In this document: positions 1 through 13,400 of the stretch, in pieces
Numbering within the stretch: position 1 is the stretch's first letter
How the letters are laid out: each line of letters starts with the position of its first letter
The notes under the pieces: model-generated
What the model was told of the DNA's origin: nothing
The model's input: the letters and a program-made list of their open reading frames with translations, nothing else
Databases searched by the model: none
Translations under genes and position numbers: made by a program
Assembly (NCBI GenBank): GCA_013265495.1
Contig: MU058213.1
Span: forward strand, 1,798,001-1,862,000
Reading direction: 5' to 3'
Length of the DNA stretch: 64,000 bases
DNA from: Vicugna vicugna
Taxonomy: Eukaryota

Positions 1-582
1 CAGTCTGTTGGCAGAGTGTCTGGAAACCATCTCTACAGACCACTGTGCTCTCAGCTGTTCTAAAAAACACTGACTCAAAGACTTTTTGTCCAACCACAAA
101 GAGAAGGGAGATTACCAAGAAACTACAGGGGAGCCATTTTCCTTAAGTAATAATAAGACTAATGTCAATCTCCTCATACCCTATAGGATGAAAAGACTCC
201 AAAACTTTCCAAGTAAAAGAATTCCCTTTTTCTTGCAAAAATATCCCAAAACTCCCAAATGATAGATGTCATGCTGTTGATTGATAGATGACAAAGAAGC
301 TCTTATGAATTTACTAGTGCCGTAAAATAAATTTATTCATTATTAAGCATATAAGCAATTTACTTGTTTTTGAAAAATTATAGTACATACATATGTAAGA
401 TGTGTGAGTACGTGAACTTACGATAACTGTAATGTCTCCCAGGCTTGAGAACAGCCCATAGTTTGAGAACTTTTTTATTTAGAAAACCAATAAGATCCAT
501 TCTACCACTAACATGCTCTGATTCTGTTAGTTTCGGTAATTTCTGTTCACCTAGCTAGACAAGTGCGTCTCACTCTCCTTAA

Positions 583-851
583 TTCAGCATTTCCTAACTT
601 TTTTAACATGGAAATCTAATTGTTGATTGAAAGAAGTATTTCAGGACAAATAATTTTGGGAAGTGCACATAATACTATCCTCTTAGAGATGCTTCATATT
701 AAAGGCTCTGAAAAATAGTACAGTTTGTTTACATTATTTAACCCAGAATTTCCCAAGTTTATTTGTCCATGGGGAAGTTCTTTTCCCTATGGAACACCTC
801 CTAACACATCATGGAGCACTAATTTGAGGTAAAACAGGATTTGAAAACACT
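583..851. mobile_element. hAT-Charlie MITE, MER103-like
   Basis: cagcatttcctaac start, internal ttaaaggctctgaaaaa...tttaacccagaatttcccaag, end tttgaaaacact; resembles remembered MER103C. Confidence 0.5.
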
Positions 852-2157
852 TCACTGGTGGGCGGGGCACTGTCAGCCAAAGGAACAGAAGATCCAAGAG
901 TACCACATCCCACTAGTTATTGCAGACATTATGAATCCATCCTGAGGTGGGGGCCAAGGCTGAGTAGACGTGCATGACAGTCTGAAAGATTTTGATCCGG
1001 AGATGTGGCCACCCAGGCAAATCACGTACTCACTGAACCAAATTCAGGACATTGTAAGATCCTGAAAAATCCAAAATCCATTTGGCCTCCCAGATTACAG
1101 CGTAGTTTCAAATCTCTCTGTCCTAAAGACATAATATGTGCTGCAGTTTCTCAGATGCTGGCCCTTAAGAAGTGCAGTTCACATTAGGAGGCTGATTCTA
1201 CTCCAGCAAAGAGAAGCACTGCTACTTGAAGTATGGTGCTTTCAGTGGGTGTGATAAGTTTTCTACACAGACACCTGCATCTTCTTTGGTATTCCAGAAT
1301 GCACTAATCCACCGCTTTTGCCAGAATAAATGCAAAGAGTCTCAGTCACATTCCTGGTTCAGCACGGACACACTTAGTATCCGAAGCAGGCTGGAGAAGA
1401 GATGGGGAAACTCTGCTGGGCGTTGTAAGGTCAACAAATTGGAAAAAGCCACAACTCACCCTTGGGAAGGATTAAATACACTGACATCCTCCAAATTGAT
1501 TTACCTAGATCAGACCACATGTTAATAAGGCAGGCAAGTTACTCTAATTCATTGTTACTATTCTAAATGCAGAGGCCTTTTTACATTAAAGAGGTGGGAC
1601 CTGGGATTCAAATGAGCAATACTTATTTATGGCTTGTCACTCACCCTACCTGGGCCAGTGTCCTCAGGGCCATTTAAAATTATTGTCATCTAAAACACAC
1701 CAAAAAGTACTGGACATGCAAAGAGCACAGCTCTCAGGAAATGAAGTGAGTTTTCTTCCCCTATTACCTGTACCTCTGAATAGAGGTGCATAAATACGCT
1801 TAGCTGGTAAGCACTTAGGTTTCTTCTGGATGCAGACATTTCTAAGTACTCTAAAAATTTCTATTATTTGAAGGATCCCCTTAAAAATGTCTCAACTCAC
1901 TTTTTAAGATTGACTCCTCAGTAACACTGAAACATTACTTATACCACAGATGTAAGATCTATAGAGCTCAACTTTGTCCAAACTGTGAGTTGGGAAGGGA
2001 AGATTTTGTAATGGTTTCACATCTATCAAGCTTTATCTATATCACATATGCCTATATGAAAGCAATATTTATTGGTATGTTTATATGAAAACTCATACAC
2101 ACAGTGCTTTGGGATAATCACATAAGTTTCCCTAATAGGTAAAGGAATGCATAGGTT

Positions 2158-2468
2158 GAAGGGCCAGATAGTAAATACTTTAGGCTTTGTAGACCATATG
2201 ATCTGTTGCAACTTTTCAACTCTGCCATTGTAGTGTGGAAGCAGCCATAGGCAATGTAGAAATGAATGTGTGTGACTGTATTCTGACAAACTTTTATACA
2301 TGGACAACACTGAAATTTGAATTTCATGTGATCTTTGTGTCACAAAATGTTATTCTCTTAAACACTTTTTTCAACAATTAAAAAATGTAAAAACCATTCT
2401 TTGCAGCACGATCTTACTAAACAGGTGGCAGCTGCATTTGGCTGCTAGCCCATTGCTCACTGACCCTG
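2158..2468. mobile_element. MER58B (hAT-Charlie), one end truncated
   Basis: gggccagatagtaaatactttaggctttg...actgaaatttgaatttcatg...aaacaggtggcagctgcatttggc...tgaccctg. Confidence 0.8.
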
Positions 2469-4929
2469 GCTTTAACCCAGAGCTTTGAAAATAAGACACA
2501 CAACCTCTTTGCTTACGTTTCAAGTTCTTTATCAACATGCACTCATCCCACCTGATTTGATGAGATCAATGGAGCCATGAAAGCATGTATAGAACAAACA
2601 TTGCAGTATGTAAATCCTAGGAATTTCAGATTTTTCTTTTACAGAGTTAGAAAAATATTTGGATGAAAAATATTGAGACATCAAGGCTATTTTCTTTGCA
2701 ATACATACTTTGAGAAAGATTACTGTGATTTTTTTTCTTTTGCTATTCTTAGAGTTAATTTTTTTTCCAGAAGAATGCACCCTTAGATTTATAATGGATT
2801 GTGAATTTTGCTTTCCAACAAATGAATATTCATTATTCATAGTCATATAAATTCCCATAATGAAAATACTTTTTCTGATAAAAAGCTACATTTCCTTATT
2901 TTAGGCTACATGGAAAAGGCATAAGAGCATAGAATTATTCTAGTTCAAGAACGGTTGCTGTTTAAAGCCAAAAGATTTTTGAAATCTTCTTTCATGTATT
3001 GATAGTCATTATATAAAATTTCTTCTGTAGGCAAATCAAATGTAAAATATAACACTTGGCTATTTGGCTAGAAAGCTTACAGTTTAACCCTGTGTGTAGA
3101 TTCAGGGTGAAGCAAAGTTCTCTAATTCTAAATATTTGTTGACAAATGTTGCTCCATCAGCTACTTGGAAATCAGTTTCCATCAGATTGAGTAAAGCCTG
3201 CTAACCAAACAAAGCAGCAATTAGGACACTAGTCAGAAAACAGCCTCTGTTTTCATTCTTCCTGTGTTTATGCTGCATCAATTTGTCCCTGGCCTCAACC
3301 CTCCCACCCTCTGCCTGCCTTCCTCAGTGTAAAACGTCTTTAGCTTGCAAAACAACATCACATCGGTGAGTTCATTAATACATCTTGTGATGGGCTCACT
3401 CTGAACTGCACACCACACAGGTGTTCATTCTCTGAGAAGGTCCCATCTGTGTGACTGTGGCTTCTTTTAGTCCCCTTGCTTGTTGGCAGGTAGCTCAAAG
3501 CAGAACCCCTGTGGCTTCCCTTTAATGGGAATATGAACACTTAGACTGAGTCTGGGACTTACAGGGCTTTCTTAAAGCAAATTCAGCTCTTTAAAAAAAT
3601 AACAACAATTCTTCGCCTTCAAATCTCTCTCCCCTGCCCCCAACCCACACCTCCAAATCAGACGGGCCAGATGTTTGTGAACACTGCCGTTTCTGCAATC
3701 AAAAGTACAACATTTACCATAGCTTTTATCAAAGATTTCAATTCCCCTCATCTTAAGGAAAATGACCCTTTTATTTTGTTGTGGACATAAAATTATGGCC
3801 TGGGAAAATTGGAAGCATTTCTGTTGAGGGAAATCAATTTTCTCACTGCCATATATGATCAACGTGTCACAGCCATCACCCAGGTAATAATAGTAAAGTA
3901 CAAGTAAAATGACTGGTAATACTGGCTTTAAAGGTAGAAAAAGATAGAAGCAAGATCACACTCCCCTCTTTTTAAAGCATGTTTGCAAAAAGAAAAAAAG
4001 AAGATAAAGAAACTCTAAGGGCTATTTTCATTCTTTAATTTTCTTCCTTCCCCCTCCATTTTCTTCCCTTTGCTGTGCTTTCTGGAGTATAAGTATTTTA
4101 TTTTGTGTACTAATCGGCCAAAGCATTAATGAAACTGTAGATATGTGTTCTTCCTGGAAAAGAGTAAGCACTTTATGTGTAAACCACTCTGGCTCCTTTT
4201 CAATCATCCTGTTAATGGGTGGCTAATTGTCAAAAGATGTGACCAGAGTGAGATGACCCAAGAGTGTGTTTAGGTGGGAGGCAACAGGGAAAGTACAGAA
4301 GCAGCTTCTTAATTTGGATCCTGCAAACAAAAGGAAACATCAAATCTGACCTCGCTGCTGGAGTGTTAATGGCTTTCTCCCCATCACCCCTTGCCACTCA
4401 GCATCTTTTGTGCCCCACCCTGGGAAGCTTCCCGGCAGAAGTGTGCATTAGCAGAACTCTACAGTTACAAAATGCCGCTTACTACAGACAAGGGGGAAAA
4501 ACCTTCAGAATGATTAAATGTGCTTTGGACAAATACATGCACAACCATAAAAGTGCCATTTTTATTTCAGTCAGGCTTCTCAGTGATGTCCCTGTTGTGG
4601 CCACCAGCACAAAGGAGTATTGCATCTGGAATGTCACTGAGGCCTTCAAAAAAGATCAAAACATTATCTCTCTTTATAAAGAAGTTGGCTATCTTATATG
4701 TGAATATGAGAAGCTAGAACTGCATTAATTTAGGCCAAGACCATAACTGAGAAAACAGTAGACAAAATTTTTGCAAGACTACAAAAATTTTAAATAGTTT
4801 AACCATTTGAAAAAAAAAAAACCAAAAAATTGCCACACACACCCAAAACAATAAATAAAAAAAAACCCCAGCTGTTTGTTTTGGAATGAAAATGAGAAAG
4901 AGAAGTGAGAATGAGAGGAAAACAGCAAA

Positions 4930-5300
4930 GAAACCCAGACTAAGGGAATCTCACAGATACAGTAAATGTGTTGCACAAAGATGTTCATAGAAGTGTTATT
5001 TAGAATCGAAAATAACTGATAAGTCTACTAATAAAAGATTTTAAAAGATAAACTATAGCATATACAGTTGGTAAAATATTTTGCATCTATGAGGAACTGG
5101 TTTTGGAAAAAATAAATAAAGCTTAAAGAAGTATGAAAAAGCTTATAGTATGGGTTTAAGTAAAAAATAATAACATGAAGAAGTTATAGATATGAAAAAT
5201 GCATGCTTAGAAGAACATACCAAAGAGACTACTATGGTTTTGTTAAGGTGGTGGTATTATGGGTACAATGTGTTTTTTCCTCTGTTCCAATTGGTAATGA
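4930..5300 (+). mobile_element. Old L1 (L1ME-type) 3' fragment
   Basis: tgcacaaagatgttcatagaagtgttattt...aaactatagcatatac; A-rich and decayed. Confidence 0.55.
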
Positions 5301-6344
5301 TTTGGATATTGTATTGTTGCAAAGCAAAACAAAACAAAACAAACTAGGCAGAAAGAAACCCCGAGAAACTGTTTTTGGTGGGTAAGAACATCATTTTAAA
5401 AAGGGAATTCTTTTCAGATTTATTAGAACTTGTTACTACCACATTCATCCAGTATTTAAAGTGGTTAATGGGAATAAAAGGACTCCTTGGGCTGTTTCTA
5501 GCCCAGAGAGGCCATTTCACTCTAATAGCAATACCCTCAGTGCCTCCCAATTCAGTCTTCAAAATGGGGTATACCTCTGTGCTGCTGATTTCCACAGAGA
5601 AAGTGATATAGTATTTAGATTCTAGGCAGTGCCTAATGTTTAATAATGTGTAAGTAGATAACATCTATACTCAAAGGGAAAAAATAGCTGAGTTTTTCTC
5701 CATTCACTTTATAACTTTTTCCCCAAACCTGCCTTTTATACACTGGTTATGTGACTAGTTCAGCTGTAAGCCTATTTCTAGTTAAATCTCTTTTTTTCCA
5801 AAGGCCAAGAGTTGACTAATGTATCCATATCCCAGTCCATTTCCCATTTACACGTCCCAAAATGGGTGGGTTATCTTCAGGTCAGGATACAAGTCCTGCA
5901 TCAGGAAAATACCCGTCCTGACGGGGGAGACTTAGGTCCTGTTGGCCCACTTAGCACTGTGGCTGGTAAGGCTTAGCTCTCTAGACAGCAGGATGGACCA
6001 TGTGTTGGAAAAGATCAAACTCAGTGGCTTATTGGAGTGGAATGGTTGGGAGCGAGGTGTTCAAAGAACACTTTCTGTCAGTTAGTAAAAGCACATCGAT
6101 AAAAATAAATCAATGCCCACTTGTTTTCTAAGAATCTGCTTCATATTCAGCAAAGGCCCCCATTATGCTACATTTCTCATCAAGTAGCCTAGGAAAGATG
6201 TTTTAAGCTAGAGCAAAATATCCTGAAAAAAAATTACTCTTTGAGATGCTGAATCTTCCCTTGTGCACCAAAATGTAAAGCACAGATAGCTATAAACAAA
6301 TAAAAATGTTCTGTGACTTATGTGAGTAAGTGGATTGTAAAGGA

Positions 6345-6490
6345 ATTGCACTGAATTGGATAACTTGAGTTTGATTCTTGATTTATTCATTGACTTGCTG
6401 TGTGACTTTGAATAAATCTTCCCCTATTAGGGCCTTAGCCTTAGCTTTATTAACTGTAAAATAAAAGTGCTGAACTAGATCAGGGGACCC
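6345..6490 (+). mobile_element. MIR SINE
   Basis: core ttgctgtgtgactttgaataaatc...ctgtaaaataaaagtgctgaactagat. Confidence 0.65.
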
Positions 6491-7360
6491 TACATAGCAT
6501 ATACACCACCACTCATCTATGCAACACTTATAACAGACATTGCTAATCAATTGTGGGTCTTTCATACTGATCCTGACTAAGGCCTCGGAATCCTTCATGT
6601 GATGGTGCTCCTTGCAGCCATTATTAATTGATATTTTAGATATAATGGATAAAACTTTCCCATTACAAGCCAAAATAAGTTCCTAGTTCTCTGACCCACC
6701 ATGACCCTATAAGCTCTTTCTCAACCCACAGCAGACAAAATTAAGACCTCTACCATTAGATATCTAGACAAACAAGTCCACTGATGCTCTGTAGGCTTCA
6801 TATTAACTTTGCTCCAAAGTTACATCCAAGCGGTTCTATGTTTCAAGAATTATTGTGCTAAAAATACCAGCTTATCCAAATGCTGTTTCCCTTTTTAGTA
6901 ACTAGTTTGTACCACTGGCAGATAGCAAGTGTTTGTCTGACATGAGTTACCTAGCAATTCCTACCACACTTGTCTATAAATTAAAGTACGAGGGCATGCA
7001 TTATTAATTCTTCTAAGTGGAGGGTGATAGCCATTAATTCATAATTTTAATAGTTGACATACAATGTTATTCATAATTTTATTTTCTCCCTAAGTCCGTA
7101 ATAAAACAGAGTGATATTGACCCCTTCTGTCTGGTGTGCAGAATCTGACTGAACTTCTGCGTTAAATGCTTAGGCCATGAAAACACATACCACATCCATT
7201 CCCCAAAAATGACGTTGCTCCACTGTCTAATCAGGTCAACTCATTGCTTGGTGATTTATAAGCCTGTTATTAGTTGGACTTATTAATGTGCCCTCTTGTC
7301 TGTTTATGTATCTTCGTATTTTTGCTCCATTTAGAAAGATCTGCTTGCTGTTTCTTTGCT

Positions 7361-7498
7361 CCAGATCTGGAATGAGGATGAGGCAAGTGAGGAGACTGGA
7401 GTGCAAAATCTGAAGAGGCATGCCCTCAGTCATGCTGAGTGTCTCCTTAAATATTACACCCTAAGCAGTTTTCCTGCCTTATTCTAGTTCTGGCCTTG
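7361..7498. mobile_element. MER91-like hAT-Tip100 MITE
   Basis: gaggatgaggcaagtgagg...gtgcaaaatctgaagagg...ctccttaaatattacaccctaag...ctagttctggccttg; degenerate palindromic layout. Confidence 0.65.
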
Positions 7499-7539
7499 CC
7501 TCATAGTATCATCTAAAAACAGTTTTTATGTCTTTACTA

Positions 7540-7740
7540 CTTTTCAGCTCTTCAAAGCAAATTCACATGCATGATATAATTTTATCCTCTCAGTCCTTAG
7601 AAAGGCCAGTGTTATCATTTTCCTCATTCTATAAGGGTGAGAAAATCTGAGTCTCAGAAAAGTTAAAATTAAGGAGTGTCAGAGTTAGAACTTGATAGTA
7701 AATCTTCTGAATTGGAGCAGAATATTCTTTCCAGTAGAAT
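7540..7740 (-). mobile_element. MIR SINE
   Basis: ttatcattttcctcattctataagggtgagaaaatctgagtctcagaaaagttaa. Confidence 0.6.
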
Positions 7741-8030
7741 GAGACATAGCTTCGTTTTCTGTGGTCAATGACAAGGCGTGCCTTTCTCTTCCTTCCAAAT
7801 CTACACTTTAAGCTTTTCAGTTTGACTTACTTCATTTGTTTCAAGATTTTTCTCATACTCATCTATTATTCCTCACTTGTTTTGTAAATGTCTATTACAC
7901 GTTATTATCTCTTACTCTTTTTTTTTTTGGTCCTGTTTCCTTAATGTTAGGCACTCCTTGAAGTGTGAACAATGTATAATACATAAAATTGTGTATTTTT
8001 ATAGAGCCTGAACTTGTCAGTGAACTTTGT

Positions 8031-8050
8031 GAGAGAGAGAGAGAGAGAGA
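8031..8050. repeat. (GA)10 microsatellite
   Basis: direct read. Confidence 0.95.
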
Positions 8051-8059
8051 TCTGTTTTA

Positions 8060-8420
8060 CAGCTCAGTTTATGGATGAGGAAACTGAGTGATAAGGAATG
8101 ATGATTGACAGCATGTATTGAGGACATCAGTGTTGCAAGGGCTGTACTAAGCAGTTAACATGCAAGATTTCCATGCATTTCATGGAATAACTACCCAATG
8201 AGGTAGTTATTGTTGTCCACCTTTTAAAAAGAAGAAAATGAAGCTTTAGGAAAAATGGCAAACTGTATACAGTCATAGCACTTGTAAACGTCAGGGCCAG
8301 GAGTTAAACCCAGGTATGACTCCAAAATGTGCACATTGGAGTGATTAGTCTAGGGCTGCGGAACCAGTGAGGGGTCAAGTTGGAACCTGGGCCTGGTTAG
8401 TTCTGATTTCAATCTAGCTC
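8060..8420 (-). mobile_element. MIR fragments (probably nested)
   Basis: ggatgaggaaactgag; tgaggtagttattgttgtccaccttttaaaaagaagaaaatgaagct...ttaaacccagg. Confidence 0.6.
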
Positions 8421-8959
8421 CTTTTTCATGGTCCTTGTCTGCTTCCAACTTTCACAAAATAGTGCAGGTATTTAATTTCTTATTTGTTTAAGTGAATTGA
8501 TAATATATTAAGAATAATTTTGGTCTATGTTTATTTTAGTGACTTAAATGTCTCCTTATGTGAAATTCAAGCCTAAGTAGAAACATTTACGAGTCTCTGT
8601 ATCTGCTACTTGATTATGGAATGGATGCAGTTTCTTTGGAGCGTGCAGATATAAAGATGGTTCAGTAGGGTGTGGTCTTTATGTCTGTGCCTTGCAGGTT
8701 GAGAAGCATAACAAGGCTTGTGATAATTAAGTACCGATGGATCCCCAGGGGCATGAGGGAAGTGGGTTGCGGGAAGAGTAGAGCACAGGGATCGCAAAGA
8801 AGCAGCATGGCTAATCCATCCCAGCCGTCTTTCCCAAGGGGCTCTACATGGCCTCACAGTGCTTCTCAGCGCAGAACTCCAGGCAGCCACTACCCGTTAA
8901 CCAGGATTAGCTCTAGAGAGGAAACCTATCTGCATCACTGACTATGGAGTGGAGGAGAC

Positions 8960-9115
8960 TTTGTTCCCAACCCAACCCTGGAGTGCTACTCATTGGCTGA
9001 GTGACCTGAGTATATTATTTAACCTTAAAGCTCCTCAATTAAGTCATTATTAAATACAGATAATGATAGTACCTTCTTTCCAGAGTTATTGTGAGGGATA
9101 AAATAAGCACAGGGC
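8960..9115 (+). mobile_element. MIR SINE
   Basis: ggctgagtgacctgagtatattatttaacc...taatgatagtacc...gttattgtgagg. Confidence 0.6.
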
Positions 9116-9309
9116 CTGAGTCAACATTGATTATCCTTGAAATGTCTGTTAAATTCTTCTTTGCAATTGCAAAATCATCCAGAAAATATAAAATAATGTA
9201 GAAGACTCCAGTATCTGCCCTGACATTTACAAAAGATTTCTGAGATTAATCAGAATACTTCTGAGTTTTCACAGAAATTTTTTTACTTTTTAAATGTGTG
9301 ATGCCATCA

Positions 9310-9475
9310 GTTTATGGGATTTGAAGTCAACTAGACCTAAGTTTGAGTTACAATTCTGTTATTTACTTGGTAACTAAGAGTGAATTGCTTAGTTTTCCTC
9401 AGCTTCAGTGTCTTCATCTGTAAAACAGGGATATAATATTATCTATATCACAAAGTCATTATGAGATTAAAAAAA
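9310..9475 (+). mobile_element. MIR SINE
   Basis: ctcagcttcagtgtcttcatctgtaaaacaggg...ttatgagattaaa. Confidence 0.7.
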
Positions 9476-10249
9476 GGCAAAGCACATACCCCATAAATCA
9501 CTTGGTAAATTCATTGTAATCATTTCTGCAAGGCGGGGCCCTAAGGGGCACCTGTGCGCATTCCAGTGAAAGGAGACATCTGGCCATGACACTGCACTTT
9601 GAGCTTGTCCTGTTTAGCGTGGCCATTGTGCTCGCTGCTGTTTACCTAACGTTGACAAAGTTACTCAGTTCTTGTCCTTGACTACTTCCTGGCCCTTGTG
9701 CAATACCTCCTGATTTGTGGTTGGATTCCTGCAGATCATGTAACTGGTCACAGCATTATGCTTTAACCCCCTTTCGTACTCAATGTAATGAACTATCAAG
9801 TGAAAAGGGACTGAAAGGACTAGGGGGTCAGAGTTAGGGAATGTGGGAGATACTGCTCTGCTTGATCTTTCGCATCTGATTCAATAATTATTGATTACCT
9901 ACCATACGCCAGGCTCTGAGGGTTTAAACAGGACACACCCCTGCCTCAAGAAGCTCAGAGCATGGTGATACAGTGCAAATAAGTTTTCAGTTTTATGAAC
10001 AGTTACACAAAAACCAAGTTGAATATAATAAGAGATTCCTTAAAAATATGTAAGTGTGCACATGCCAACTACAAGGAGAATACAAGTATGTTTAGTCAAA
10101 AGATCTATTTGAACTTGAAAAAAAGACAATACATCTTTCTTTAAAGAAAAATAGAACTAAAAGCTACCAAGACTTATGCAAAGTTTAATATGTATGTATA
10201 ATTTTTATTTAATGCATATGAAAATTGAAGAAAATTTCTGTCACACACA

Positions 10250-10470
10250 TGTATTTATACCATAACTGTAGAGCTCAGTGAACTTTCACAAACCGAACAC
10301 ACTTATGAAAACAGTATACAGATTAAGAAAGAATCTTCCCACCACCCCAGAATCTCCCCATCGGGGCCCTTCTAGTCATTGCCCCCAGAGTAACCAATAT
10401 CTTGTATTCTAGTAGCATAAATATATTTTTGTAACCTTGTACTTTGTATAAATAGAATCATATAGTGTGT
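10250..10470 (-). mobile_element. L1ME-type 3' UTR fragment
   Basis: ctcagtgaactttcacaaaccgaacacac...cagattaagaaa...tataaatagaatcatatagtgtgt. Confidence 0.75.
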
Positions 10471-13400
10471 TATGCAGATTTAAAAAACATTTTCCTGTTA
10501 AATTTCAGTTCATTGTTTGATGCTTCCTTATTCATCTAAACCAGCAGAGTTTGATCCACTGCGAAACACAGACTTGGAATAAAGTTGTTCTCAGGCTTAT
10601 GTAAAAATCACCAACTCTTTCTGCACAGGACAATGCCTTTGTACCTGGATGTGCTGATCTCGGAGGTTACACTTCAAAATGTGAACTCATTCATTAGAAA
10701 ATGCTTTATTTGATTGAAGGCTTCCCAGCAACACAGCTTAAGTAAATGCCTAACTCAGACAGTCAACATTACTGTCTCAAAAATCTTTCATTCTGACTTA
10801 TTATCACACATTTGTCATTAGGGAACTGCATACTCACATATGTCCATAAATATTTGGTCTTGGTAGACCCAGGTTGACCTGCTTGAGAATCAGAAGGAAA
10901 AAAAAAATCTTATCTGTGTCCTTGGAAAAGGTACAATTAAATGAAGGGAAAGTTTGAATGTGGCCTCTGAGAGACTTTGTTTCCCTGAAAACAAAATCAT
11001 TTTGCTCTAGTCAATCAATAACTCTCCTTGGTAAATGTGAATCTTAGACTCAGAAAGAGGTTATCGGCCATAACATTTCTTAACACTTTCATAATGTTAT
11101 CAGAAATTAAAAGGTAACATTTATCAAATATTTACAAGTTGCGTGGGACACAGCACAGTGTAAACATACGAATCTGATAATATCCAAGCTGCAGTTTTAA
11201 AACAGATCCAAAAAAATCTCAAAAATGTTTGCTCTTCAGTGATGCATTCTCCATCATGTAAAAATTTAACTATTGAAATGCTCTAATGACATGTGGAATG
11301 GGTCACACAAGGAGGAAGGTATTTCAGGTGAAAGGTCAGTATCAACACAGATGAAAGAGATTGCTTTAGGCAGCTTATGCCAACCAGGAAGGATACACAT
11401 TTTCTAAATAAACATAGAAAAAAGAACTACTACATAATGGAAAATGTGAAACAATTATTATTTATTTCAGTTGACTTCTAATGAAAGGTTTGTACTAAAA
11501 CACACAAAAAAGACATCATCCCATCTTCCTGTGGTCACCTCCATTCTCCTTTTTGTTATCCATGGTGGCATTTGTCCAGATTCTTTGGGGGCAGAAATTT
11601 CATTTGTTTTCTTCTCCCTCCCAGGCCCCTGGGCACTTTCCCTTTATATAGGACTCATCCAGTCCAGAGCCTCTTTAGCCACATCTCTTATAGTAAATCC
11701 CTTATTCTCTTAATTAGAGGTGGTCAGGAAGGAGAAGGAGAAGGAGAAAGAGGAGAGAAGCATGGCTGGGAAAGAGCAATCTTAAAGAAGAAGATACAAA
11801 GTCATTAGCTGGCAAAGGAGAGTCAAAAGCTCCAGTTGCCACATTCCTCCTCCTCCTGGTGATTTTGATGGCCCAGAACACTGCCATTCAGTCCTAACCA
11901 GCGTCCTGCATGCTGCTGCTGCTTCTACAGTCTTTCACCTCTAGGCCACGTGTGATGACCCAAGCTTGGGCAGAACTGCAGTGGGTTTCACTGGAGAGTA
12001 AGGAGTAGCTAGACTGGTCTGGAAGGGTTTAGAACAAAGAGATAGCACTTTACAAAAGAGAAAATTTCCTAAAGTAGATTTTGCTGGTGGAGCATTTGTT
12101 TCTTTGTTTTCAGAGTTGAAAGAGTTTACATTGTGCATTTCTTACTCCTCTAAATCTGAGAACTCTACTTTATTCTACAGTGGTGGTGAATGGCAGCCAA
12201 AAATTCAAGGTTGCATTCCAAGGGTAATCGGAAATAAGCCCCAGCCTGCCTTACAGAAGTAGAACCAAGGAAAATGTTTCTTCTTAAAATATAATAAGTG
12301 AAGATTTTTTTAATCAAATATGAAAAGCAGAATTGAGGGGCAAAGAGAATTAGAATTTGAAAATCATGAGACATTGAGCTTCTGTAGAACAGATTATATG
12401 TGCATTTTTCATTTCAGCACTTTGCTGTGTGTTAAATACTGCACACAGGGAGGAAGGTGTTTCAGGTGAAAGGGCAAGTTGTACACTGTAATTATTTTTA
12501 CTTATGTGTATGACAAATTAATGAAATAAAGAACATCATAAGATTTTAAAATTAGGCTGTGGAATATATATCAGATACCACTTCATTAAATTGGATCTTA
12601 ATGGCTATTTACCCTGTATAAATATGGGGGAGAAAAAAGAGAGCCTTGTAACTAATTGACTTCCTGCCCCAGGCACCCAGATGGCTTTTTTGCAACTCTG
12701 GATTTGTCCCTCCAGGATACTACTGCCAAAATGATCAACACAGGGTCCCAAAATAACAATTTATTCTGCCCAAAGGTCATTGTGCCCTCGGTCTCCTGGC
12801 CAGATGAATTGGCACAATTACATCCTTCTCTCTTGCTTTCCCCCTCAGGATATCCTGGGTGTCAGGGCTTTACATGTTGCGATGATTCAGAGCAAAAAAT
12901 CTGCTAAGAGGGAAGACAGGGCTACAAGCGTCTTCTTAGATTCTTAGGTCCGAACTGATGGAGCGAAACACAAATCCTCTGTTGGTTTGTTTCCTTCAAA
13001 ACTTCACTGCCCCTCAGGCACATGCACAGATCAAGTGGAGAGCTAAATCTTTCCCTCAGTCCTGACACATATATGTTGGCATTAACCAACAAAGGCCCCA
13101 AACTAGTCAATTTCAAGTCTTCTTTTCCACCTACCCTTCCCCCATCAAGAGTTAGTGATGTAAAGATCATTGCACAAATGCCAGTTTAATCTGCTGAGCT
13201 ACATTTCTCTCTCTGAAGCAGTCAAATAGAGGGGGAAATATCCATTTATTTCTGCTTTAGGAAATAGAACTCTGTTTAACATGGTTTCTTGATGATTACC
13301 TCTTATTTGCTTTGCCTCTTTTACCTTAAAACTCTCTTCTCTCAATATTTTCCTTTGGTCAGAGCTGTTTTTTTAAAAATATTTCTTTCACTCACTTTTA

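Noticed and set aside
1358..1372. REST/RE1-like ttcagcacggacac
   Set aside because: Lacks the spacer between half-sites and the right half is incomplete
4264..4728. Longest ORF (154 aa)
   Set aside because: GTG start, no recognisable domain and no convincing flanking splice sites; a chance ORF of this length is plausible in 64 kb
8620..8940. Possible LTR16-like remnant
   Set aside because: Resemblance too weak to call without an HMM search
11945..11997. Possible 53-nt plus-strand exon (tctag|gccacg...ggaga|gtaagg)
   Set aside because: Moderate splice signals only, peptide not recognised, no partner exons
12849..12947. Strong plus-strand acceptor at 12848
   Set aside because: No good downstream donor; frame 0 ends in a stop
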